Shown here: in pieces, positions 15,887 to 28,122 of the stretch
Layout: every line of letters begins with the position of its first letter
How positions within the stretch are numbered: the stretch's first letter is position 1
From: Octopus vulgaris
Lineage: Eukaryota
Reading direction: 5' to 3'
DNA: 64,000 nt
Assembly (NCBI GenBank): GCA_951406725.2
Contig: OX597822.1
Coordinates: 15,004,001-15,068,000 of the forward strand
Position numbers and translations under genes: made by a program
The notes under the pieces: generated by a model
What the model was told of the DNA's origin: nothing
The model's input: only the letters and a program-made list of their open reading frames with translations
Databases searched by the model: none

Positions 15887-16277
15887 TGTGTGGTAAGTAG
15901 CTTGCTTACCAACCACATGGTTCCGGGTTCAGTCCCACTGCGTGGCATCTTGGGCAAGTATCTTCTACTATAACCTCGGGCCGACCAAAGCCTTGTGAGT
16001 GGATTTGGTAGACGGAAACTGAAAGAAGCCCGTCGTATATATCTATATGTATATGTGTATGTTTGTGTGTATGTTTGTGTGTCTGTGTTTGTCCGACCAA
16101 CACCGTTTGACAACCGATGCTGGTGTGTTTACGTCCCCATAACTTAACGGTTCGGTATAAGTGACCGATAGAATAAGTACTAGGCTTACAAAGAATAAGT
16201 CCTGGGGTCGATTTGCTCGACTAAAGGCGGTGCTCCAGCATGGCCACAGTCAAATGACTGAAACAAGTAAAAGAGTA
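15887..16277 (+). mobile_element. SINE family A
   Basis: High similarity to 8324-8800 and 31571-31950. Confidence 0.85.
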
Positions 16278-16369
16278 ACAGACAATATATATATATATAT
16301 ATATATATATGATAGATCCCTAGACATTAAATCTATTTTTATTTTCTCTCCCTGTTTATTTCTGCGTTC

Positions 16370-16405
16370 CTTTCTGTCGAAGAGCATAGGCTCGAAACGT
16401 AAAAG
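16370..16405 (+). ncRNA. Minimal hammerhead ribozyme, CUGUCGA (A6U) variant, within a Penelope-like pLTR repeat (16335-16495)
   Basis: CUUU-CUGUCGA-A-GAGC auag GCUC-GAAAC-GUA-AAAG. Confidence 0.65.
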
Positions 16406-16494
16406 ACTTTCTCACTTCCCGAGTGTTTAACTAATACATCTGTTTTATGTTTACACACCCGTGTTCGTCTTTTTTTTTTTTTGTACATTCAAAC

Positions 16495-16528
<34 letters not shown>

Positions 16529-16562
16529 TGTATGTATGTATGTATGTATGTATGTATGTATG

Positions 16563-16616
<54 letters not shown>

Positions 16617-16632
16617 CATATATATATATATA

Positions 16633-16791
16633 TGACGGGCTTCTTACTGGTTCCTTCTACGAAATTCACGCATAATACTTTGGTCGGCCTGAGGCTATGG
16701 TATAAAAAAAAGAAAACTTACTGAATATGCCACGCAGTGGGATTGAATCCAGAACCACATGGCTGGAAAACAAGCTTCTTACCACATAGTC
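16633..16791 (-). mobile_element. SINE family A 5' half
   Basis: Reverse complement of the family A head. Confidence 0.7.
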
Positions 16792-16869
16792 AAAATTCTT
16801 ATTTGAGGAATTGGCGAGAAAGAAATCTATTTTTCTCAGAAGATATTCATCACAGATTCTAATAGCATT

Positions 16870-17090
16870 TGATACTTTCAAGAAATTCATGTTAGTATTA
16901 AGGGCAGGACGCATCTTGTAGGTTAAATCTTAGATTTACTTTCTAAAGACCATATTGGATTTAAAACAATCTTCAAGATGATTTGATCATGAATATGGAG
17001 AAGTTACTGGAATAATTGGATTTCCACATGTTTCACGACAGCCGTGAAGAAATGAAGGTCTCTGAGAAAGCCAGTCGATTCATAGAAGAA
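16870..17090 (-). pseudogene. Decayed Penelope-like GIY-YIG endonuclease C-terminus
   Basis: Frameshifted remnants ETCGNPII, SSNFSI, SLESK, YKMRPALNTN match the PLE pattern NFSI...LES..I.K.RP.LN. Confidence 0.45.
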
Positions 17091-17272
17091 GATAACATTG
17101 GACAGAATAAATAACAACAGTGATTGTTGGTTATATAAGTATAAAACATCCCCACAAAATATCATGAATGTGAAAACGACTGCACAACGTGATCAGCAAC
17201 TCTTCCTGTCAAGCATACGTCGCATAAACAATCGATAATACGCCATTACTGAACATGACAATATATATTTTT

Positions 17273-17475
17273 TATTCTTTTAATTGTTTCAGTCATTTGA
17301 CTGCGGCCATGCTGGGGCACCGCCTTTTAGTCGAGCAAATCGACCCCTCGATTTATTCTTTTGTAAGCTTAGTACTTATTGTATCGTTCTCTTTTGCCGA
17401 ACCAGTACGTTACGGGGATGTAGACACACCAACGTCGATTGTCAAGCGATGGTGGAGGACAAAGTCAGACGCACA
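17273..17475 (-). mobile_element. SINE family A 3' half
   Basis: tgtttcagtcatttgactgcggccatgctgg... Confidence 0.75.
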
Positions 17476-17994
17476 AACATTTTTTTCAGCTCTGAGCTGC
17501 GGCCATACTTATGCACCGCCGCATATGTATATATAAACGACCTGTTTCTTTTAGTTTCTCTTTTAGATTCTCTTTTACCCCTGCCTAATGAAGAGTCAAA
17601 TATTCAGCACACAGTGAAGCTCCTTACCTCGGAGCCATTCATATACTAAGTTCGAAAATGTTTTCATAAACTCAGCGGAGTTGCATCACTCAGTTATGGT
17701 CAAATAGACGATAACTTTCTTGATGTTCTTATTGAAGTCTAGATTAACACTTACATTGGAAGACATGAAACTATAGATGTACAGAAAAAAGTAGGTGTTT
17801 TATTTTGTGGTTTATATTCATTCTTGTAGAACGCCTTTAGTTTAAGTTCACTAATAATAGAATTTTAAAGTTGCACGATCTATACAAATAAGATACACCA
17901 AATTTTGAATCAGGAACAATTGTAAAAATAATCGAACGATGAATGACATATAATACTCAACATTGACTGTTATTTGAAATGATGAAGTGAGAGC

Positions 17995-18323
17995 CATTTC
18001 TGTACGATAAATTTGTCGCTCCGTCGATTACGACGACGAGGGTTCCAGTTGATCCAATCAACAGAACAGCCTTCTCGTGAAATTGACGTGCAAGTGGCTG
18101 AGCACTCCATAGACTCGTACTCTTAAAGTAGTTATCAGGGTGGATTCGGTGTGACACACAATATGACAAGGACGGTCCATTGAATTACAGGTATAACTTA
18201 TTTTTACCTGTTGAGTGAACTTCAACAACGAGAGCTAAAGGATACAACGCACCTCTGGGAATCGAACTCACGACCTTACGATCGCGAGCCGAATATCCTA
18301 ATCCATAAGCCACGCACCTTCAC
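17995..18323 (-). mobile_element. tRNA-derived SINE (family D-like head)
   Basis: Minus-strand head gtgaaggtgcgtggcttatggattaggatattcggctcgcgatcgtaaggtcgtgagttcgattccc; 3' part also at 21603-21672 (+). Confidence 0.7.
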
Positions 18324-20439
18324 TTAGGATAAATACAATACAGAATCTTGGACTTTAGTAGGATGCGATGTTTCACTCTATTTTCTATCCTTTATTACAA
18401 ATGAAAAGAATACCCATGACATTTTGGCAGGGCAGCCGGGACATTTGGGATGAAAGGAAGAACTGTTCCTCAAACCAGAGACCTGCTCTGAATGCGTGCA
18501 ACAAAGTGGTATTCTTTAAAGGTACCCATGGGTACTTCTAAACTGGGTACCGAATTAAGTATTTCTCTCAAGAAACAACTTGTTGAGAGTCGGAATGTAG
18601 AGCGCAAATTACCTGAACCGGTATTCTTACAATTCCGCAAATCTTCTAAACATTTTTAATCAGCCCAGGGGGATGACAAGCAAAGAAGACCTTCGTTGGG
18701 TTTGAACTTGCAGCATCGATAGTCTGAAAACACGCCGGTGGTATTCTATCCGGCTCATCATGAAAGAAATCCAAAAAAAGTATTGTACTTTACGGGGAAA
18801 AGAAAAATTACACTACTCCAAGAAACATACAGCATTGAAATGCGGAAATTAAGAGTGCGGATATATTGTATTTCTAATAATAAGAAGGCTTTAAGTGTTA
18901 GAAGAATTATAACTCAACTTATTGGTTTCAGCTTAGCTAGATCAACTCCCATCTCTTTAAATGAACTACCCTCGGTGAAAATACATTTAAATGGCGTTTG
19001 AACTCAGATCGTAAAGAGCCGGAAGCTTTTTGTCCCTCCTGCTGACGATTTCGCCAGCTTTCCGCCTTTTTCTTAAAAATAACCAATATTAAACTTTAGA
19101 TTCCAATCATTACCCCATGCTTTGCATTGAACATTAAATAATTATCTTTCGTCAAAGGGGGAAACATATGGAATGAAAAACAATGGGAGAGAAAAATGCA
19201 ATGTCATGTAAACGATATTGAAAGTATTATATTCTGTTATTAACATTCAAGAAATCATGTTTAAGGTTAATTCAGTCGTAAAGATTAGGAGAATACATAA
19301 TGCGCTGCTTTATCAATGTTTGGTAGAGTTTAGTAATGAAACAAGTTGAGTTTATCTTTTTGAGATTCAATTTTTATGTTCTAAATAATCGGTGGAAACT
19401 AGTTAATTCTACAAATGCACGAAGAGAATCTTATAACCTGAATGAAAAAATATTAAAAAAATACACCTGATATTCAATGGTAGCCAAGTATTGCACAGTC
19501 TGTTGAATTCATGCGGTGAGAGTCAACTTTACTGATGCAATTTTGGTTTTATTTCACTATTTATACTTTAAACTTATCTACCGACATACGTACATACACA
19601 CATACATGCATGCATACATCCATACATGTTATACATGCAGACATGCCAATCCAGTATCCAAGATACAGATTCAGTTTCATACCTATTATGGTAGGTATCA
19701 TGATTATTACTACTGGAGCTATAGGGTACGTAGCTCTCTCTCTTCTGTCTCACTTCAGAAACCTAAAGTGGGTGAGTATATATAAGAAGTATTAAGCTTC
19801 ATATAAGCGGCCTCATCTCATAGAAAGAGCGCGCACACACACACATCATAATATTAATCATTGGTAGCTCAATAAAACGATAGTTAGTTTGGTGAAAAGT
19901 GTTGCCATTCCGAGGTGAGGTTTGGAATAAGAATATGAGTCTAATTATCACTCGGTGTTATATAATCTACTTATGTAATCCAAACAGAGATTTGAAGCTG
20001 GAAATACAAAATTATTTCCTTGTCTGTATGTGTCATTGTGTACGTGTGTGCGTGTGCGTCACTTGCTATTCATATATGCATGTTTGTGTATGTGCGTCCG
20101 TTATGAATATTCATAAATTATATTAGGAGCAGTACGAACGTGCTAACCAAGTTTATATGAATATGTTTAATTTCAAAGAATACTGACCATTAAACGAGCT
20201 GTTGAAATACGTGATGTAATTAAATAAATCTCTTTGTCTTATGGAAGTGAAGAAAGAGGTTATATTAAAAGTTTAGCTCCTTCTTTAACTGCTATATCTT
20301 TTTAATTAATATCCAGTGTCTGCCAATAAATAAATAAATTTGTAAACATATTAATATAAATTTTAAATTTTGATCATGCTAGTCACTTGAAGCAAAAATG
20401 AAGAAGAAAAGGAGAAAAATTAAGATTTAAAATTATGGA

Positions 20440-20755
20440 TACATAAAAGGTAGTGATAATAAAATCTCACAAGAAGTGCAAAGAATAAAAACACCTTAGA
20501 AAATTTCATAATTGAAATAACATTTTTAGATTCTTTTATAGAAGCTTTTTGACAAAAAATATTGGAATTTCTTTTCGTTTTTCTATTCGGTTTACAAGAT
20601 GTTTGATGTGAATTCGTGTGTTGAAACTGATGTTGTTGTATCTCGAGAGGATCATTAAGTCACTAATAAACACAAGCGCTGGTTCTATGTCAATTCCATA
20701 TTTTTTGTAAAGCTGTAAACCTGTAAAGTAAGGGACATACAGACAGACAGACCTG
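20440..20755 (+). repeat. Unclassified dispersed repeat (possibly Helitron/HINE-like); related segment at 33590-33660 (-)
   Basis: ttgttgtat..ga.g.tcatt...aataaa.aca shared between the two loci; ends in acatacagacagacagac. Confidence 0.35.
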
Positions 20756-20866
20756 GAGCCGACCTGGAATAGAGAGAGCTTGTTAATGATGAGGTGGCGA
20801 ATGACAACGAAAGAACGTTGACAAATGTGACTGACTGATGAAACAAATGCTTAATCAAAAAAATCG

Positions 20867-21180
20867 CTTTTAGTCTTTTAGTCTTTTATTTGCTTCAGTC
20901 ATTTGACTGCGGCCATGATGGCCCACCGCCTTTAGTCGAACAAATCGACACCAGCACCTACTCTTTGTAAGCCTAATACTTATTCTATTGGACTTTTTTT
21001 GCCCAACCGCTGTATATATATATACGACGGGCTATTTCAGTTTCCGTCTACCAAATGCACTCACAATGTTTTGGTCAGTCCGAAGCTATAGTAGCAGACA
21101 CTTGCCCTAGGTGCCACGCAATAGGACTGAACCCAGAGCCATGTGGTTGGTAAGCAAGCTACTTACCACACAGTCACAGA
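20867..21180 (-). mobile_element. SINE family A (internally deleted)
   Basis: Reverse complement of both family A halves. Confidence 0.8.
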
Positions 21181-21671
21181 TGTGGAACAGAACCAGTGCG
21201 TTTGCTTATTATTGGCACAGTTGCCTTCTGAGTTACAAAAAAGAAATGAAACTTAGAAACTTTAGATTCATAAAATACAAAGTATCTTTTAGAATTTTTA
21301 GTGCTTGTTAGTTGAGTGAGCTTATTATCATAGATCGTATCGGTCGTTTTCGTATTGGCTGCACAGCTGAGGAAATATAAAAGGGACGTTGGATAGCATT
21401 AGAACGGAGATGGTGGACGAAATTAAATACTGTTAGAAAACTGAAGCTGATTCGTTTCTGGCAATGCAATAAAAGATTATATTACTATTTTCGTGCTGGT
21501 GCTTTCAATGCTACGTTTTAAACAACATTAACTCTGTGAGGAAATTGCAAGCATAATCGAAAACTTTAACAAATAATGAAAAAATCGGAGACTTGCACAT
21601 TAGTTTCACGATCAGGCTGTTCCGTTGATCGTATCAGCTGAGACCCTCGTGTCCGTTATCGACGGAGTGCT

Positions 21672-21725
<54 letters not shown>

Positions 21726-21949
21726 AACAAGAGAGACTGTGGCAGACAAAAAAAAGGAACATGTCTCTTGCATTTGAAAACCATGGAAATATGTTTTTCA
21801 TATTGCATTTAATTTTTCCACAATTTAATTGTTTTTAATGCTATATTCTAAATTGAAAAAGTCGCAAAGAATGGAACCGGTATTAAAATGCTCTTCATGA
21901 TAAAACTATTTTAGCATTTCCTACCTTGTCTAATTTTCCTATCTATCTA

Positions 21950-22039
<90 letters not shown>

Positions 22040-22061
22040 CATCTCTTTCTCTCTTTCTCTC

Positions 22062-22107
<46 letters not shown>

Positions 22108-22189
22108 ACACAAAGCAACTCCAGCCTGGGAATCGAACCCACGAACTCGCAATGGTGAGTGCAACCCCCAAAGCACTAACCCATATTCG

Positions 22190-22490
22190 TTCCTTCTCCA
22201 ACCATGCCTGGCTCATAAGGGCCGGTTTCCCGGTTTCCTTGGCGTATAGATTCCCCACCTGGACGGGACGCCGGTCCGTCGCAGGTTAGCTGCAAGATGC
22301 AGGAGGAAAGAGTGAGAGAGAGAGAGTAGTGGCGACAGAGTCAGCAGAAGTTCGTCATTACCTTCTAACGGAGCCGCGTGGAGCTTGGGTGTTTCGCTCA
22401 TAAACACACTCATCGCCCGTTCTGAGATTCAAACCCGCGATCCCTCGACCGTGTGTCCGCTGCTCTAACCACTAGGCCATATGCCTCCAC
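22190..22490 (-). mobile_element. tRNA-derived SINE family C (V/Meta-SINE-like core)
   Basis: Reverse complement of 22695-22995. Confidence 0.8.
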
Positions 22491-22694
22491 ACTAAGCCCT
22501 GCTATACGAGTGTGTAGACAAACGAAAGAAGGGCACTCTTTCAGACCCCAATGGTCGAAGACTAGTGACTTGCTGGAAACTCGGAGAAATAACGATTCAG
22601 AATGAAATTGTTTTGATCTACACATGTAACTCCAAGCAAATGTGATGAGTGTCCTTCTTTCGTTTGTCTACGCATTCGTATAGCATGGCTTAGA

Positions 22695-22995
22695 GTGGAG
22701 GCACATGGCCTAGTGTTTAGGGCAGCGGACTCGCGGTCGAGGGATCGCGGGTTCGAATCTCAGACCGGGCGATGTCTGTGTTTATGAGCGAAACATCTAA
22801 GCTCCACGCGGCTCCGGTAGAAGTTAATGGCGAAACTTCTGCTGACTCTTTCGCCACTACTCTCTCTCACTCTTTCCTCCTGCATCTTGCAGCTCACCTG
22901 CGATGGACCGGCGTCCCTTACAGGTGGGGAACCTATACGCCAGGGAAACTGGGAAACCGGCCCTTATGAGCCAGGCATGGCTCGAGTAGGAACAA
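22695..22995 (+). mobile_element. tRNA-derived SINE family C (V/Meta-SINE-like core)
   Basis: Head tggcctagtg..agggcagcggactcgcgg...ggttcgaatc; core cctgcgatggaccggcgtccc..caggtgggg; tail aaaccggcccttatgagcc. Confidence 0.8.
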
Positions 22996-22996
22996 A

Positions 22997-23290
22997 CATG
23001 GCTTAGTGCTTTGAGTGTTGCACTCACCATAGCGAGAGCGTGGGTCCGATTCCCAGGCTGGAGCTGCTTTGTGTTATTGAGCAATGCACTACCTTTCACG
23101 TCGCTCTACGATCAGTTCGATATCTGACATGTGACACCCGTTGCACCTGTACAGGTAATGTCGACCTGATGGGGTGAGTGAGCTTATGTCTAAACAAACA
23201 TTCGATCACTATAAACAAATTGTCTGTGTGGTTGTTCGGCAAGAAATTTTTCAACCCTCATACGTCGTCTAACAACGAGAGAGTCCATCA
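22997..23290 (+). mobile_element. tRNA-derived SINE family D
   Basis: Head atggcttagtg...gttgcactcac...gtccgattccc followed by body. Confidence 0.6.
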
Positions 23291-23586
23291 CACACACACA
23301 CACACACACAATTATATAATTATATAAATATATCTGTAATCAAGATCGCTGGCGTGCCAACGCATATACGCTAGAAGTAGATGCCAAATATCTACAACCC
23401 CCTCTACATTTGTTCTCTTTTTCATTAATAAAACAAGACCGAATGCAAATAATGAGCAAGAAAACTCACAAAAATGTGATCTTAATTATAATTATAATTT
23501 TTATAAACTTAAAAATCAATTTTACCGAGATGGTGGTTTGTTATACGTTAGCTACTGATATAATCATTTTAATAATTCTATCTTCA

Positions 23587-23641
<55 letters not shown>

Positions 23642-24046
23642 TGTATATATATACATCTCTATATATAATGTTTGTTTGTACTTAAGAGTGTTCGGCTGAT
23701 TTTATTTAAACTTAGATAGCGGAGTGTTGTTGCTTGAATGACTCGTTATTATATCAATTAGAAACAGTACTTACGAGTATATGCTTTAATCATTTAAACT
23801 TTCAAACAAGTAAATATTACCATACCTTCATTACTCATACAGTGTAAATAAGAAAAATATGTTTATATACGAAAGTTTATCCCAATCGATTTCTATTAAC
23901 GGAACCGATGGAAGGCTGAATGTATTATGAGTTATTTCTCTATTCATATATTTATGTTAACGCAAATTTATTGCTATGTATCATAAAACTGTTTTCGCCC
24001 AGTCGTCTAAAACATCACCCACTGATATTTCTCGTTAACCAGTTCG

Positions 24047-24173
<127 letters not shown>

Positions 24174-24323
24174 TATGTATGTATATATATATCTGTCTGT
24201 ATAATTATCTAACTATCAAACTATCGATCTATCTAACTATGTATGTATGTATGTATGTATCTCTCTATCTCTCTATCTAATTATCTATTTATCTATCTAT
24301 CCATATATCTATCTATCTATCTA

Positions 24324-24368
<45 letters not shown>

Positions 24369-24470
24369 CTATCTGTCTGTTACATAAATAAAAATAAATA
24401 AATGCAAGCAATTACAATTCATATTCATCCACAGACAGACAGACACATATACATATACATTTACATACAC

Positions 24471-24531
<61 letters not shown>

Positions 24532-25891
24532 CATGTAAATATATATATATGTATGTATATATGTATGTATGTGTGTATGTATCTATAACGCCTAAGCACA
24601 CGTACATATCACAATAATTCATTTTTATGTGTATATGTATAATATGTACTGATCAATGTATTGATTGCTTAATGTTGGCTGCAAGCTCGCTGTTTTATGC
24701 ACCCGAAATGTTTTTATTAATGTCCCAATAAAACTTGACATGTTTTTCTCTGGTTATAATATTAATATTAATCACTTCGTATATGCGCGCGTGCGCGTGT
24801 GTGTATATGTATATATAATATTACAGTCTATATGATTCTATAGCCTTCCAACTACAAAACAAAAAAAATCAGGAGCAAATTATAAACACAGAACATAATT
24901 TTTATAATGGAATTATTTAATGTACAAATTGTGTAACACACGTTAATAGATGGCAATGAAAAAAAAAGCGATTTTGATTGAGACCCAAACAGTTTTATGG
25001 GAAGATCGTTGCGTCTTTCCTTAGCATTTTAATTTGTAATATTATTGAGAATCAATTGTAATGGGCTGTTAGACATACAATAGAGCATCGATGTTTTTAC
25101 AGTCCTACATCTGAAATAGTTGTCCAAATATCCGAAGCGTTGCGTGCCTTTATCATCTATCGTTTGTGTCAATAAAATAAGTAACAGTTATTTGATAGAC
25201 TTGATAAAATTGATTCTGCGCCTCATTTGGTCTTGGATATCTCACAGTACTTTAAAAACTGAATGGTGTGTTAAACCTTCAACAAGTACCCTGATGGCTT
25301 AGACGATCGAAAAACTCCACCATGCTTCTATAGTTTTTGCCCACAATAACCAATGTTTTATTGGTTTTCCAAATATCAGTTGTATCATTATCAAAAGGAA
25401 AAATGTACTCTGCCGTTGTGATTGAATGACAACGAATACTAAAACTATATCTTAAGGAACACAAATTTGTGATTTTGTAAACATTTGAGTATATAAAGTT
25501 CACTCCAACCCCAAATGGGCCCGCGTACTATCGCCTGTCTAGTATCGTCGGAAAGTGTTTTTAATCATAGTGTTCTGTTTAGTAATAGCCCTTTTGGGTA
25601 AAACGTGACCGAGCAAATTTAGTCGGTCATATCTAGAACTAATAAATTAAACTGAACCTCATGGCTGAATATTAAAAAAAAATATCTATGACAGTTATAT
25701 CAACAGAGTGGCAATATTAATCACTTGTATTTATGCCTATGCGCATAAAAGTAAAGTTTGCTCAATTCAACATTAAATCTCATCCTCTCCTTCCCCCTTC
25801 TCCTACAAGTCCTCCTCTTCCACCTTTTTCACCTCATCATCACCTATCGTAACACATACACACACACATATATACACGCATATATATAAAA

Positions 25892-26122
25892 GGCGGCGAG
25901 CTGGCAGAAACGTTAGCATGCCGGGCGAAATGCGTAGCCGTATTTCGTCTGCCGTTACGTTCCGAGTTCAAATTCCGCCGAGGTCGACTTTGCCTTTCAT
26001 CCTTTCTTGGTCGATAAATAAAGTACCAGTTTCGCACTGGGGTCTATGTAATCGACTTAATCCCTTTGTGTGTCCTTGTTTATCCCCTCTATGTTTAGCC
26101 CCTTGTGGGTAGTAAAGAAATA
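25892..26122 (+). mobile_element. SINE family B, full length
   Basis: ggcggcgagctggcagaaacgttagc...gtcgactttgcctttcatcc...gtagtaaagaaata. Confidence 0.88.
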
Positions 26123-26399
26123 CATATATACACGCGCATGCGCGCTAATGTCGGACAGTGAAAACGAGTGCTCAACATCACATTTTTTTTGACTGGCAAA
26201 TATACTTTATTTTACTCTACATGAATTCAATTTTTCATGTAGACTGAAATCTCGCAACAATTATCGACTATGCCACATGAAACGTTAGTAGTCGTCTTCA
26301 TCTTGGATGAGAATTGGTCGCCTTCATAACACATATAAAGCATGTGGACTATATATGTATATCTGTAATATAATATGTTACAAGTATTTGGTTGCCATA

Positions 26400-26458
26400 A
26401 TAAGACTCCGAGTTTCGGATGTCGGGAGGGAAACCTGCTCCGGCATCTCGTCAGTTAT
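26400..26458 (-). ncRNA. Type-I hammerhead ribozyme (canonical core)
   Basis: AUAA-CUGACGA-GAUGCCGGAG...CUCCCGACAUC-C-GAAAC UCGGA GUC-UUAU. Confidence 0.72.
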
Positions 26459-26532
26459 GGAGGCAATCAAAATATGCTATGAGAATGACCGTTAAACAAA
26501 GGTCATTTTCATTGCACATTTTGATTGCTTCG

Positions 26533-26591
26533 ATAACTGACGAGATGCTGGAGCAGATTTCCACCCCGACATCCGAAACTCAGAGTCTCAT
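26533..26591 (+). ncRNA. Type-I hammerhead ribozyme (canonical core, stem I mismatch)
   Basis: AUAA-CUGACGA-GAUG...CAUC-C-GAAAC UCAGA GUC-UCAU. Confidence 0.65.
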
Positions 26592-27536
26592 TATGGCAAC
26601 AGATAAATTCCTCTATTTAAATAATACTGAAGTCTCATTCATTTTTTTTTGTTATCTTACCATTACTATATATATATATATATATATATATGACAATTTA
26701 ATCCATGCTATTCATGTTCTATTTGTAATGATTATGTATGCCTAACTCATGTCATTTCCAAAAGAAAATTTACCATTCTTCATTGAAATCGTTGTAAAAG
26801 TTTTCCTTCGGTTAAACATTTTAAACCTAAACATTCAATGAAATTAAGCGTGGAATCCAGTAACAACTATTTGATATATTTCAATGAAACAATATTGATA
26901 AGGTATATAAGTATCTCACACATAGATTATTAGAGAACTATTTATATTTACATTTTATATAAATGAAAATGAGAAATATAATTATGTTCAATAAGTATAT
27001 TCGCTTTATATCTTCGATGTAGTGTGAAGACGATTATACATTCATACATTCCCAATGAAAAGTCTCTGCGAAGTCCTATAATATATCAGTACAAAGTGTT
27101 GTGGCAAATATATAATTGTACGGACATATTAATAATATTTTCATTTAATCATATTTTACTGTTAATGAAGGCAATATATTTTTATTCAGTGTTTCCTATT
27201 TCCCTCGTCGTTCGTTATTAACACATTCCATTACCGTTTTTGCCATATTCTTCGTGTTACATAGATTCCCTTCCGTAGACTATTTCTCTCTAAGTCCAGA
27301 GAATATATTTAAATGAAATACAAATTCACTTGCAAAAAAAAAGACATGTTTAATTCTCCATATATATTCTCTTGATAATCCCAAGAAGGAAATACCATCT
27401 TTTTTTTTTATTTATTTAAGTGTGAGGATATTTCTAGAATTTAGGTTTTAAAATATTCTTTTCCAAAGAAATAAAGTTAGAATCCCAAGTTAATTTTGAA
27501 ACCTTGAAAAAAAAAAAAAATGATTGAAGTGCGAGA

Positions 27537-27589
<53 letters not shown>

Positions 27590-27998
27590 TCGTTCACTCA
27601 TTTCCTCTCCTTTTTCTGTCCATCGGTATTCCTCTGTTTTTAAATCTCTGAATTCTTCTTCTCTCATTCTCTCTCACTCAGTATTATGCAGTGTATACAT
27701 AATTACAACTCTATTACCAGCGGTAAACAAATGCGAAACGTTAACAAAGCCAGGAGACATTCAGATGATGACGACAACAACAGCAATAATAAAATCTAGA
27801 AGAAAATAAACGACTAATTGTAATGAATATAACATATAAGACAATATATAACCAGAAAAACTCCAAGGAAGAAATAAGGAATATATTAAGTGTGCCAAAA
27901 GTCTGTTCAACAATTCTTCGATAAATATATAAAGAAAAGAGGAAAACGTATTTACCGAATTCTGCGAGCTGTTTCAGACAATATGATAAATGTTATAT

Positions 27999-28065
<67 letters not shown>

Positions 28066-28066
28066 T

Positions 28067-28122
<56 letters not shown>

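Larger units (their letters stand above)
22105..23077. repeat. Long inverted duplication (arms ~430 bp, spacer ~108 bp)
   Basis: 22105-22538 is the diverged reverse complement of 22647-23077. Confidence 0.9.
26385..26606. mobile_element. Palindromic Penelope-like pLTR element with a hammerhead on each arm
   Basis: gttgccataa...gaatgacc gttaaacaaa ggtcattttc...ttatggcaac; TA-rich sequence on the left, (TA)n ~60 bp to the right. Confidence 0.8.

Noticed and set aside
17580-17665. ctaatga...cgaaa hammerhead-like spacing
   Set aside because: Core, stem I and cleavage site too degenerate
22695-22770. tRNA-like A/B boxes
   Set aside because: Heads of multi-copy SINEs, not complete tRNA cloverleafs
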